Source: Acidobacteriota bacterium
GTDB taxonomy: Bacteria > Acidobacteriota > UBA6911 > RPQK01 > JAJDTT01
Direction: 5' to 3'
Assembly (NCBI GenBank): GCA_965217775.1
Contig: CBDCJH010000002.1
Location: 2,656,001 to 2,720,000, forward strand
Length of the DNA stretch: 64,000 nucleotides
This document shows positions 10,337 through 19,592 of this stretch, piece by piece. The translations under genes were made by a program, and so were the position numbers. Under the pieces are notes generated by a model. The model saw only the letters and a list, made by a program, of their open reading frames with translations. It was not told where the DNA came from and did not search any database. Position 1 is the first letter of the stretch. Each line of letters starts with the position of its first letter.

Positions 10337-13057
10337 CTAAGGCAGGAAAATGAACTCCGGGGAGTTGAGCACGGCCCACAACACCTTCTCCGCATTCCGG
10401 CGCCAGGCCGGCGTCAGGGCCGTCGTGGCGGGCTCCCCTTGCCGGACCCGCATTATGTACTCGTGGGCCGCGATGGAGTCGGTCACCGTCACCGCCTCGA
10501 CTCGAGCCTCTTCCTTTCTCGCCTCCCGAAGCTCGGGGGGAACGAGCCTCCGGCTCCAGAGGGCGCCGAGCTCTTTCCGGAGCCACTTCTTTTCCCGCTC
10601 GGTGGGGGGCCTCGACAGGGTGTTCAGGAACAACCGGTCCCCGTATTGGTCCAGCGTGCCGGCTTCTCTCGAGAGTTCCGTGTAATACGAGCGGTCGGTG
10701 AATTTGACCAAGCGGTGCATCAGTTCGCCGTTCGCCATGGCCAAGGGCTGCAGCGCGTGGGGGTCGTCGTTCCGCACACTCACCGGGTTCGGGCGCTGGT
10801 CCCGCCATCCAAAGGCCTTGGCCAGCGTAATGATCTCCTGCAGCAGCGGCTTGGCCAGGACAGCCACGTCCTCCTCATTGGAGAGGGAGACGATCTGCCA
10901 GGTGCGTTCAGGAACTCCGTAGTCCAGCTTCTGGTAGGCAATGCGCTCGCTCTTGAACGGCCTGCGCACCGTCAGATGGAGGGAATCGACGATCTCCTCG
11001 GCACGCATTCGCCGGGCTCCTTGAGCCGCGAAGAGGAGCCGGCCGCTCGCGTCCTTCAGGCCGGCGAGTTCCTGGTCCCGCCTCCGTTGATAGGCGTGGG
11101 ATTTGAGGATCAGCTCCTGCACCTGCCGGACGCTGTACCCGCTGGCGATGAATTCCTCCGTCACAAATTCCAGCAACCGCGGGTGGGAGACTTGGGGCTC
11201 CGGATCCCAGTCGTCGATGGGGTGGACCAAGCCCCGGCCCATGAACCGCTGCCAGATGCGGTTGACGCCCACCTGGGCGAACCGGCGCTGGGACGCCATC
11301 CATGCCGCCAGAGCTTCCCGATGAGCCCGCGCATCCGGACCGACCCGAGCGGGGTCGCGTCCGCGGTCGAAGACGAATGAGGGGGGGATCTGGTCCCCCG
11401 GCTTGTTGGTGATGGGGACCGCCGGCTTGCGCCGTCCCGGGACTTCGCCCACGCTGCTGGTCTCAGGAATGCCCACCGGCTCTCCTTGCAACATGGCGGC
11501 GATGCCGAACAGATCGCGCTGCCGGTACCGGTTCAGGGGAGAGTCGTGGCAGCGGGCGCATTTCATATTGGCGCCCAGAAAAGCCTGTGAAATCACGTGG
11601 GCCTTCTCGGCCATGGGAACGTCGCTGCCGAAGGATTGCTGAAAGCCCAGCGTTCCCAATTGCTCGGGGGTGCCCTCCATGAGCAGGAGCTCGGTGGCGA
11701 ACCGGTCGTATCCCCGATCCTCCACAAAACTCCGGTGAATCCACTCCTTGAAGGGGCCGGTGGAGTGCGGGACGCCGCCGTAGAGCTTGGCGTTCTCTCC
11801 CAGCAGGTCCTGCCAGTAGCCGACCCAGGGGTCGGCCCAGCCGTCGTCGGCCAGAAGGCGATCGATGAGCAGGTTCCGCTTGCCGGGCTGCGAATCGTTG
11901 ACGAATTCCCGGACCTGCTCCCAGGTGGGGATCAAGCCCCAGACGTCGACGTAGATCCGGCGAACAAACTCGTAATCGCTGGTGAGAGGGCCCGGCTTCA
12001 CCCGATGGGCGGCCATTCCGGCGCCGAGAAAACGGTCGATGAGGTTGAACTCGGGCATGCCGGCGGCCGGTTCGACCTTCACCGGCTTTCCGGATGCGGC
12101 AACGGCGCGAGCCTGCTCCAGATGCCGCTGCTGCCAATACTCCTCCCAGCTCGCCAACCGCGGCTTCCGAACCGCATCTTCCAGCTCTCGGTTCCGCCGG
12201 GATTCGGCTCGGTTCCACTGGTCCCACCCTCTCTCGGTGAAGGGGATGCGATCGCCCAGACTCAGCAGGCGCGGCTCCTCCTCTCCCCTCCGGTAGACGA
12301 CGGAGACCTCCCGGTCCAACCGCCCGCCCGTCAGCTCGATCCTCAGGCGGTAAAGTCCGGATTCCAGGGACAAATTCTCCACCGACTCCTGGATCCGGGC
12401 GGGTGGTTCGGTATCGGACAGCTCACCCTTCTGGCGCCGGTTCGCCTTCTTGAGATCCGCCGCAACGGCCTTCTGGGTCTCTTCGTTCTGCTCCAGCAGC
12501 GCGTCTTCCAACCTCTGCCGCAGCAGATCCTGCCGCGCCTGGGCCTCGGCTTCCTTCCGGGCCGCTTCGTCCCGGGCTTTCTTGTCGGCCGCCTCCTTGG
12601 CTGCGATCTCCTCCGGGGCCAGTTCCTTTGGCTTTGGGGGCTCGGACTGGATGAGCAAACGGTCGTCGACGAAGAAGCGGGCGTGCATGCGGCTCCGGAG
12701 GCGGAACTCATAGTCGCCCCCTGGCAGGTGCAGATTGCCCTGGATCGTCACGGCGAAGGGCCGGTTCCGCGGCATGGTCATCCCCGCCGGCGAGATCCGC
12801 CCGGGGAAACCACTCAATCCCAAGACGGGCGTCGTCCAACTCAAGGAGGGCTTGAGTCCTTGAAACGACCAATCCTGGTGCCAGTCGGCCGGCAGATCCT
12901 CGAACAACCGGACCTGGAATTCATCACCTGGCGCCGTCCGCGGCAAAGCCTGCCCCGGCAAGTGCGCCGGGGCCCAACCGAGCGACAGCGCCACCGCAAT
13001 CCCAACGGCGATCCCCGTGCACCGGCTCCGGGCAGCTGTCAGGAAGCGGATCATCAC
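10337..13057 (-). CDS. DUF1549/DUF1553 (PSD1) protein with a PA14-like N-terminal region and one CxxCH motif
   Basis: IDRFL..FVRRIYVDVWGLIPT, CARCHD, VNRIWQRFMGRGLV, SHPRLL, AEEIVDS, NSPEFIF. Confidence 0.85.
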   Translation of the reverse strand: MMIRFLTAARSRCTGIAVGIAVALSLGWAPAHLPGQALPRTAPGDEFQVRLFEDLPADWHQDWSFQGLKPSLSWTTPVLGLSGFPGRISPAGMTMPRNRPFAVTIQGNLHLPGGDYEFRLRSRMHARFFVDDRLLIQSEPPKPKELAPEEIAAKEAADKKARDEAARKEAEAQARQDLLRQRLEDALLEQNEETQKAVAADLKKANRRQKGELSDTEPPARIQESVENLSLESGLYRLRIELTGGRLDREVSVVYRRGEEEPRLLSLGDRIPFTERGWDQWNRAESRRNRELEDAVRKPRLASWEEYWQQRHLEQARAVAASGKPVKVEPAAGMPEFNLIDRFLGAGMAAHRVKPGPLTSDYEFVRRIYVDVWGLIPTWEQVREFVNDSQPGKRNLLIDRLLADDGWADPWVGYWQDLLGENAKLYGGVPHSTGPFKEWIHRSFVEDRGYDRFATELLLMEGTPEQLGTLGFQQSFGSDVPMAEKAHVISQAFLGANMKCARCHDSPLNRYRQRDLFGIAAMLQGEPVGIPETSSVGEVPGRRKPAVPITNKPGDQIPPSFVFDRGRDPARVGPDARAHREALAAWMASQRRFAQVGVNRIWQRFMGRGLVHPIDDWDPEPQVSHPRLLEFVTEEFIASGYSVRQVQELILKSHAYQRRRDQELAGLKDASGRLLFAAQGARRMRAEEIVDSLHLTVRRPFKSERIAYQKLDYGVPERTWQIVSLSNEEDVAVLAKPLLQEIITLAKAFGWRDQRPNPVSVRNDDPHALQPLAMANGELMHRLVKFTDRSYYTELSREAGTLDQYGDRLFLNTLSRPPTEREKKWLRKELGALWSRRLVPPELREARKEEARVEAVTVTDSIAAHEYIMRVRQGEPATTALTPAWRRNAEKVLWAVLNSPEFIFLP

Positions 13058-13161
13058 CTGTCTTGTCTCGATACGGTGAAATTTAAAACGACTGAATGGG
13101 ACGAGACTATACGCTCCGGCGAAGGCTCGTCAAGAAACGCCGCGGCCTCCGGATGGGCCGT

Positions 13162-14274
13162 TCAGACGCCGGTTTCCACGCGCAGACGGGCGAGCTCGAT
13201 ATGGGAGTTTCCATCCCTGAACGTGGTGTAGTACGCCGCCAGCACGTGCTCGCCGTCCGGAATCATGCTGGGATAGGCGCAGTCCCGGGAGTTGTCCGGG
13301 GAGACGTAAATCGGGTCGGTCTCGGTCCAGGTCGCTCCGCCATCACCCGACACGGCCGCTCCGACCCCCACCGGAGCCCCCGGCCGCACTTGGCGGTAGG
13401 CGAAGAGAATGTGACCCGAAGGCAACGTCAACAAGCTGGGGCACTGGCCGAAGAGGTCGAGCTGTTCCGCCGGGCTCCAGGTTTTCCCGCGGTCCGCGGA
13501 ATAGCTCCGGTAGGTTTCCTTGCCGCTGCGGATCATGCTCAGCAAGCGGCCGTCGCGCAGTTCCAGGATGTCCCGTTCGTCCTGCAGATGGGTCGCGATA
13601 GTGTGCCACTCGGGCCAAGATTCTCCGTCATCGTAGGAGACGAAATAACCGGTGCGCCAGTAGTCTTCCCCTTCCCTTTGGCCGCCGCCCCCCTGCCAGA
13701 GCTTGCCGTCGATCTGCTTCAGGCGCCCGTATTGATTCTGCCACGACCAACCGGTCTGCGGTCCGATCTCCCTCCTCCTCCAGGTCCTTCCTCCGTCGTC
13801 GCTGCGCAGGTTGAAGACGCGGAACTCGAGATTCCGGAGCTGGCCCTTTTCCACGTGCCGGACGCACTGCGCCGGGACCAGTATTCTGCTGTCGGCGAGC
13901 TGATGGGGGCCATGGTGGGCTCCGGCTGCCCAACCCGGCTCTTGGAAGATGGTTTCCGGCTCGGACCAGGTCGCCCCGTTATCGGAGGATCGGGTCGCCC
14001 TGAGGACGGAGTCGTCGGTCCTCCAGTGATCGCTCCCCTCGCGGTAGACGACCAGGAAGGTCCCGTCGCGAAGGCGGGTCAGGCTCGGGAAGGCACGGTG
14101 AAGAGCTGCTCCGGCGGTCACCGCCGATCGTTTCTCCACGGTCAGGGAGACCGTTATTCCGGGCGCCGGGCGCTGGCCACTGCCGCACTCGGCCAAGCCG
14201 AACCCGGCCGTTGCCCCGACTGCCGCGGTCTGCAGGAATTCCCGGCGACTCGGGCGTGACGGCCCGCGGCTCAT
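13162..14274 (-). CDS. BNR/Asp-box sialidase-family protein with Tat (lipoprotein-like) signal
   Basis: SRREFLQ; Asp boxes SSDNGATW, SDDGGRTW, SYDDGESW, SADRGKTW, SGDGGATW; CAYPS. True start taken at MSRGPSR (14274). Confidence 0.82.
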   Translation of the reverse strand: MSRGPSRPSRREFLQTAAVGATAGFGLAECGSGQRPAPGITVSLTVEKRSAVTAGAALHRAFPSLTRLRDGTFLVVYREGSDHWRTDDSVLRATRSSDNGATWSEPETIFQEPGWAAGAHHGPHQLADSRILVPAQCVRHVEKGQLRNLEFRVFNLRSDDGGRTWRRREIGPQTGWSWQNQYGRLKQIDGKLWQGGGGQREGEDYWRTGYFVSYDDGESWPEWHTIATHLQDERDILELRDGRLLSMIRSGKETYRSYSADRGKTWSPAEQLDLFGQCPSLLTLPSGHILFAYRQVRPGAPVGVGAAVSGDGGATWTETDPIYVSPDNSRDCAYPSMIPDGEHVLAAYYTTFRDGNSHIELARLRVETGV

Positions 14275-14354
14275 GTGACGCTTCTTTGGTCGCTCGGGCT
14301 GCGCGTCCCTCCTGGAAGAACTCTCCACTCCTCGCTGTCTCAGCCGCAATTTCC

Positions 14355-15614
14355 TCAATTCCGAACTACGACCGTATCCACGTCCGTTTCCCCCTCGGAA
14401 CGGGCGATGATGGCGGCGCCGCAGGAATCGCTGAAGACGTTGACCACCGTGCGGTACATGTCCAGCGGCCGATCGATGGCCAGCATGGCGCCCACGATCA
14501 GCGCCACTTGCGGCCCGGTCAGATTGACGGCCTCCAGGACGATGAAGATCACCACCAGGCCGGCGGAGGGGACGGCCGCCGCGCCGATGGAGGCCAGCAA
14601 CGCCGTCACCACGACCAGGACCTGCTGTTCGAAACCCATGGTGACGCCCATCGCCTGGGCAATGAACAACACTCCCGCGCACTCGTACAGGGCCGTGCCG
14701 TCCATGTTGACGGTGGCGCCCATGGGCAACACGAAGGAAGTGACCCGGTTGGAGACGCCGACCTTCTTGTGCACCGATCTGATGGTCACGGGGAGCGTCG
14801 CGCCCGACGAACTGGTGGAAAAGGCCATGAACATGGGTTCCACCATGTTTTTGAAATGGATGATGGGATTGATGCCGCCCACCAACTTCAAAATCAGCGG
14901 GAGTGTGAAAAACAGATGGAAGGAGAGCCCGATGAGCAGGACCAACGCGTAGAGTCCCAACGCCTTGAAGGAGCCCAGGCCGGTGGTCCCGACCAGGGTG
15001 AGGATCAGGGAAAAGACGCCGATGGGGGCCACCCAGTGGATGATTCCCGAGGTCAGACGCATCATCGCTTGGAAGGCAGATCCGACGAAAGCCACCAGGG
15101 GTTCCCGGTGGCGCCGGGGCAGGCTGGCGATGCTCACGCCCAGCAGAATCGCGAACAGGATGATGGAGAGCATCTTGGTTTCCGCGGCAGCGGCGGCGAC
15201 GTTCTCCGGAACGATGTCGAGGATCAGATCCACCGGTGAACTCACCACCGTGACATCGGGCATCTCTTTGGTCTCCGCGTCGACCAAGTCGGCCCCGACG
15301 CCGGGTTGGATGAGATTGACCAGCACCAATCCGGTGAGCACGGCAAAAAAGCTGGTGAACACGTAGTAGCCGAGAGTCTTTCCGAACATCCGGCCCAATC
15401 CCGCTCCGCCCACCGAGGCCACGCCTGAGATGATGGAAGTCAGAACCAGGGGAACGATCACCATCTTGAGCAGCTTGATGAACAGCTGGCCGATCCATCC
15501 CAGCTTGTCCGCCAGGAACTCGCCTCCCGCCAGTCCGGCCAGAATGCCGAGAACCATGGCGATGGCGATCCTCCAGTGAAGCTGCTTGTGCCAGACGGAT
15601 CCGCCTGCGGTCAT
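14355..15614 (-). CDS. Dicarboxylate/amino acid:cation symporter (DAACS, GltP-like)
   Basis: AFSTSSSGATLP, GATVNMDGTALYE, ASIGAAAVP, DMYRTVVNV. Confidence 0.95.
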   Translation of the reverse strand: MTAGGSVWHKQLHWRIAIAMVLGILAGLAGGEFLADKLGWIGQLFIKLLKMVIVPLVLTSIISGVASVGGAGLGRMFGKTLGYYVFTSFFAVLTGLVLVNLIQPGVGADLVDAETKEMPDVTVVSSPVDLILDIVPENVAAAAAETKMLSIILFAILLGVSIASLPRRHREPLVAFVGSAFQAMMRLTSGIIHWVAPIGVFSLILTLVGTTGLGSFKALGLYALVLLIGLSFHLFFTLPLILKLVGGINPIIHFKNMVEPMFMAFSTSSSGATLPVTIRSVHKKVGVSNRVTSFVLPMGATVNMDGTALYECAGVLFIAQAMGVTMGFEQQVLVVVTALLASIGAAAVPSAGLVVIFIVLEAVNLTGPQVALIVGAMLAIDRPLDMYRTVVNVFSDSCGAAIIARSEGETDVDTVVVRN

Positions 15615-15691
15615 CAGGTCTCTCCTTTCATCTGTTCGGCTTGGGCTCTCAGCGCCACCGTGCGAAGTCACGAGCTGCCGGCGCCCGCCCT

Positions 15692-15855
15692 TAACAGCCC
15701 GGGGCAAAAGTCGTCACGGCATTCGACCGTCCCTGCATCCCGGCGGACTGCGTTGCTATCGGCTCACATACTCCCGGTATGCTCCCTCAACGCGCCTTGT
15801 CCGGCGGGCGCAGGAACGGTCTCGGTGCTCGCGGGACTTTCACCACGGACTGTTA
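15692..15855. mobile_element. Non-autonomous MITE-like element, family M1, copy 1
   Basis: Imperfect TIRs TAACAGCCCGGGGCAAAAGTC ... GACTTTCACCACGGACTGTTA with TTAA at both ends. A near-identical inverted copy lies at 43939-44103. Confidence 0.75.
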
Positions 15856-16338
15856 ATTCAATTTTCCCACCAGATCCCGGAAAGCCGCGGCGGCGGTCCG
15901 GTCTCCGGGAGCGCGCCGAAGCGCCCGGCGAAACTCTTCCAGGGCCTTTCCGTACTCCTTGCGGGCCAGATGGATCCGCCCCATGTTGAGATGCGGGAAC
16001 TGGCGCGGCTCGTAACGCTCGGCCTGCATGGCCCGGCGCAGCCAGGGCTCGGCCTCGTCCAGCCGGTTCTGCTGCATCAGATAGACCCCGATGTCGTTGT
16101 AGGGATTGCCGAAATCGGGATCCAGGTCGATGGCGATCTTGCAATGCCGGATGGCCAGCCGGAGACGCCCCTGGATTCCATACATCCAACCCAGGAAAGT
16201 GTGGGCGTCGGCGGTGGCATGCACTTGGATCGATTCCTTGTACTTCTCCTTGGCGCCTTCGATGTCCCCGTGCTGATGCCGCCGGGTCCCTTCCTCCAGC
16301 AGTCTTAGAGCCTCTTCGCGCTTGAACGACGACATCAT
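15853..16338 (-). CDS. Tetratricopeptide repeat protein
   Basis: TADAHTFLGW, AIDLDPDFGNPYNDIGVYL, PHLNMGRI. Confidence 0.88.
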   Translation of the reverse strand: MMSSFKREEALRLLEEGTRRHQHGDIEGAKEKYKESIQVHATADAHTFLGWMYGIQGRLRLAIRHCKIAIDLDPDFGNPYNDIGVYLMQQNRLDEAEPWLRRAMQAERYEPRQFPHLNMGRIHLARKEYGKALEEFRRALRRAPGDRTAAAAFRDLVGKLN

Positions 16339-16387
16339 TTCCAGCTTACTCGCTTTTGCGCCGGGTTCCCATGGGAACCTCTTCCGC

Positions 16388-18040
16388 CTACCGGAATTGG
16401 AAGGAGTAGAGCTTGGAGTTCTTCATGGAGAACCGGAGCCGAACCGTCTGCCCGGCCAGGCGGCTAACGTCGTTTCGTCCCTGCCAACTCATGACGTGCC
16501 GGCCGGTGGTCCCCACCGGGTCGGACTCCTGGAGAAGGAAGCCCTCTATGGGTTCGTGGGAGACTCCCAGCAACTCCACCCGGACCTGGGGCCGGCCGGA
16601 ACCGTGGTTGTGCTTGGCCGCCTCCAGGTTCACCACCAACTCCCTTCCCTGGAACCGCAGGGGCCGGGTCACCAGCTCGCCGGGGAGAATCTTGCCCGAG
16701 TCGACGGAGACGAATCCATCCTCCGGGAGGGTCGCCAGACCCACGGCAAAGATGGCCCGGTCGCCCTTGGCATAGAGAGCCTCCGGTCCTCTCCAGTTTC
16801 CCCCGTAGTAGTAGATCCGGATCTGCCCGTCGTGGACCAGTGGAGCCCGAACGTAGACGGTACTCTCGTCGAAGTCTCCGTAGTCTCCCACCCTGATCAG
16901 GGGTTTCCGGAACTCACGCTCGAACCGGACCCCGTCCCGGCTTACCGCCAACTGGGGATAGTGCAGGGTGTTGGTGGTCCGGAAGATCCACACCAGCCCG
17001 ATCCGGAGCCCCTCGTAGTAGAAGACCGGCATCCCGTAGAACTCGGTGTCGGGGCCATCATCCTGGTCCGGAACCATGATCGTCTCCATCTCGGTCCAGT
17101 GCATCATGTCGGGGCTCTGGGCCCGGCCGATGACCCGGATTCCCAGGGGGCAGTACCGGTGAAGGCAGTTTTCCTGGTACTTCACGTAGTGCTGTCCGAT
17201 CGGGTCCCAGTTGCCGACGAAGCCGCCCCAGCGCCGCAACCACCAGGGATCTCCCTCCCCCACGGTTCGTGGGTTGTCCGGGTATGGAGTCCAGTTGATC
17301 CCGTCGGGGGAATGGAAGAAGTCGACCTCCACGCCGTCCCAGGCGTAAAGGCCCGGATCGTTCTTAGGTTCTATGCTGGATTCGCGCCGGACCACCTTCT
17401 TGTAGCGCTTGTCCGGGTCTGGCTCGTAGGGATCATAATGGCTGGCAACGAATTGCCCGGCGGGCAAAATATTGTTGTCGCGTGAACCCTGGAACTCCAC
17501 CAGACCCAGATTCGGTTTCGTCCAGTGGATTCCGTCGGCCGATTCGGCGTAGAGATTGATCCAATCGTTGCGGCCGGCGTATTCGCTGTAGCCATAGACC
17601 TCATCCACCTTCCGGCGGACCGCCCGGCCGTCCTCCACCGTCCAGTCCCAGCGGTAGGGCCGGATCCGGTCGCCCCCTTTCTTGGGCACGAAGCGGCCGG
17701 TGGTCCCGTACCACATCCTGAAGATCTTGCGGTCCTGGTCATACAGGACCTGACCCAGTCCGAGATAATGCCCCTCCCAGGGCCGGGCCGGCTTGACCAA
17801 GGGGTTGGCCGGGTGCTTGGCCGCCGGATTGAGCACCCGTTTGGCGTGGGTCAGGCTCTCCACCACGTGGCGGTCCAGAAACAGTTGCTTGCGGTTCCCG
17901 ATCTCCAGAACCGCGGAGTTGGAAGCCTCCAGCCCTGAGAAACAAGGCAAACAGAGCAGGCCGGCCAGCAGCCAGCCGATCCGAGAGTGGGCTAGTCGCT
18001 CGTCGATACGGGCGGTCCCCGAAGCATTGGTTTTCATCAT
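16388..18040 (-). CDS. Secreted five-blade beta-propeller glycosidase-like protein (GH32/43-like fold) with C-terminal beta-sandwich
   Basis: Signal peptide, KQLFLD, KHPANP, FRMWY, YAESADGIHWTKPNLG, SRDG, DGFVS, LYSFQF. Confidence 0.65.
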   Translation of the reverse strand: MMKTNASGTARIDERLAHSRIGWLLAGLLCLPCFSGLEASNSAVLEIGNRKQLFLDRHVVESLTHAKRVLNPAAKHPANPLVKPARPWEGHYLGLGQVLYDQDRKIFRMWYGTTGRFVPKKGGDRIRPYRWDWTVEDGRAVRRKVDEVYGYSEYAGRNDWINLYAESADGIHWTKPNLGLVEFQGSRDNNILPAGQFVASHYDPYEPDPDKRYKKVVRRESSIEPKNDPGLYAWDGVEVDFFHSPDGINWTPYPDNPRTVGEGDPWWLRRWGGFVGNWDPIGQHYVKYQENCLHRYCPLGIRVIGRAQSPDMMHWTEMETIMVPDQDDGPDTEFYGMPVFYYEGLRIGLVWIFRTTNTLHYPQLAVSRDGVRFEREFRKPLIRVGDYGDFDESTVYVRAPLVHDGQIRIYYYGGNWRGPEALYAKGDRAIFAVGLATLPEDGFVSVDSGKILPGELVTRPLRFQGRELVVNLEAAKHNHGSGRPQVRVELLGVSHEPIEGFLLQESDPVGTTGRHVMSWQGRNDVSRLAGQTVRLRFSMKNSKLYSFQFR

Positions 18041-18200
18041 TCTCCTTCCCTTCCGAAACGGGGTTGCCCGGACTTGCGCCGGGTCCGCTTCGAACATCCG
18101 ATGATTATTGTCCCGCGGTCAAGTCGATGTGCGGGTGAACCGGGGAAACGCCGCCGGGAGCGCACTCGCCCGACTGTGCCTCCGTTGATATCCTGGCGCC

Positions 18201-19499
18201 ATGAATCGCCAACCGATTTCCCGGCGACAAGCTCTCGGCGGACTGGCGGCGCTGGCCGCTGTTCCCGCAAATGCCAACCGGATTTGGGCCGGATCGGAAG
18301 AGCCTATCTCGGCGGGCGTGCTGACCGAGGCGACCGGCGGCGGCCATCTCCGCCAATTCTTGCAAGGATTCGCGAGCGCCCACGGCGTGGCTCGCGTCGC
18401 GGTCTCCGACCCCACCGGGAAGAAGTTCGACCAGGCCAAGGCCATCCTTGGCGATCGCCTGGAAGGGCTCTACCGGAGCCATCAGGAGATGCTTCAGAAG
18501 GCCCGGCCCAAGCTGGTGGTCGTGGCTTTGGAAGGCCATCACTCCCCTCCCGCCATCCGAATGGCGCTGGAGGCCGGCAGCCACGTCATCACCGAGAAGC
18601 CAGGCTGCGCCCGGTTGGAAGACTTCGAGCCGCTGGTGCCGTTGGCCCAGTCGCAAAAAAGAGAACTGATGCTGGCCATGCAGACACGGATGAGCCAGGC
18701 GATACGGAAAGCCCGGGAGCTCATCCGTAAGGGCTACCTGGGAAAGCCGTACTCGGCCACCATGGACTGGATCGCGGACCAGACCCGGCTGACTCGCCCC
18801 GAATTCCACAGCTTATGGGTGGCTTCCAAGGCCAAGGCGGGAGGCGGGAAGCTCATCTACCACGGCATCCACTACCTGGACGTTCTGCAGTACCTGACCG
18901 GCGACAGAATCGACCGGATCTCGGCCCTCTGCGAAAACGTGGGTGGACAGCCCATCGACGTGGAGGACGCCGCCGTCGTCACGTTTCGCATGCGCGGAGG
19001 ATTGGTGGGGACGCTCAACGCCGGCTACTACCTGGACCGCGCCAAACAGAACCAGATCCGGCTCTGGGGATCCAAGGGCTGGATGCACCTGGAGCTGACC
19101 TCAGGCGACCCCTTGAAGTGGTATTCGACCCACCCGGACGCTCCCCGGGGAGTCCAACTCTTCGACTATCAGGACGACTCCACCCACCGGTACAGAGCCC
19201 TGATCCACGCCGCCGTGGACTTCGCGCGCGGCCAAGCCCCGCCCCCCATGACCGCCCAGGAGTGCCTGCACCTGATGCGGGTGATCTTCGCCGCCTACCG
19301 GTCCGCCGAAACCGGCCGCACCCAGGATCTGGGCAGGAGCGGCGACGTGGAGCGGCGGTTTCCAACCGCCGACGAGGGGGGCAGGGGGGACGGAGTCCCC
19401 ACTGTACACTTTCCCCCTCGACACCTTCCGGCCGCCGAATTTTCAGTAACGGCGAAGAGCAGGCGACAAGAAAGCCGCCTCCCAACGGGACGGGGCTGA
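18201..19499 (+). CDS. Tat-exported Gfo/Idh/MocA oxidoreductase, tandem copy 1; C-terminus extended by read-through into a REP
   Basis: SRRQAL, HVITEKP, GGGKLIYHGIHYLD, VEDAA. Lacks the TGA that ends copy 2 after QDLG. Confidence 0.9.
   Translation: MNRQPISRRQALGGLAALAAVPANANRIWAGSEEPISAGVLTEATGGGHLRQFLQGFASAHGVARVAVSDPTGKKFDQAKAILGDRLEGLYRSHQEMLQKARPKLVVVALEGHHSPPAIRMALEAGSHVITEKPGCARLEDFEPLVPLAQSQKRELMLAMQTRMSQAIRKARELIRKGYLGKPYSATMDWIADQTRLTRPEFHSLWVASKAKAGGGKLIYHGIHYLDVLQYLTGDRIDRISALCENVGGQPIDVEDAAVVTFRMRGGLVGTLNAGYYLDRAKQNQIRLWGSKGWMHLELTSGDPLKWYSTHPDAPRGVQLFDYQDDSTHRYRALIHAAVDFARGQAPPPMTAQECLHLMRVIFAAYRSAETGRTQDLGRSGDVERRFPTADEGGRGDGVPTVHFPPRHLPAAEFSVTAKSRRQESRLPTGRG
19347..19485. repeat. 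REPIN-like REP pair; uninterrupted (empty) IS110 target allele
   Basis: GTGGAGCGGCGGTTTCCAACCGCCG ... GGCGACAAGAAAGCCGCCTCCCAAC. The same sequence is split between 20731-20740 and 24151 onward. Confidence 0.85.
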
Positions 19500-19592
19500 C
19501 GGGGATGTTTTCAGGGTCGTTGTCCTCGACGGAGACCTCGACGACGCTGACGGTAACGGCCAGCACCACTGCGGCCTTGATATGCTGGCTCC

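Noticed and set aside
14275-15498. 778-aa ORF suggesting a long N-terminal extension of the sialidase
   Set aside because: The upstream part is an alternate frame over the DAACS transporter; the Tat signal marks the real start at 14274.
19490-19570. Minus-strand peptide VTVSVVEVSVEDNDP resembling a Calx-beta/cadherin strand
   Set aside because: Too short, with no supported start or context; at best a fragment.
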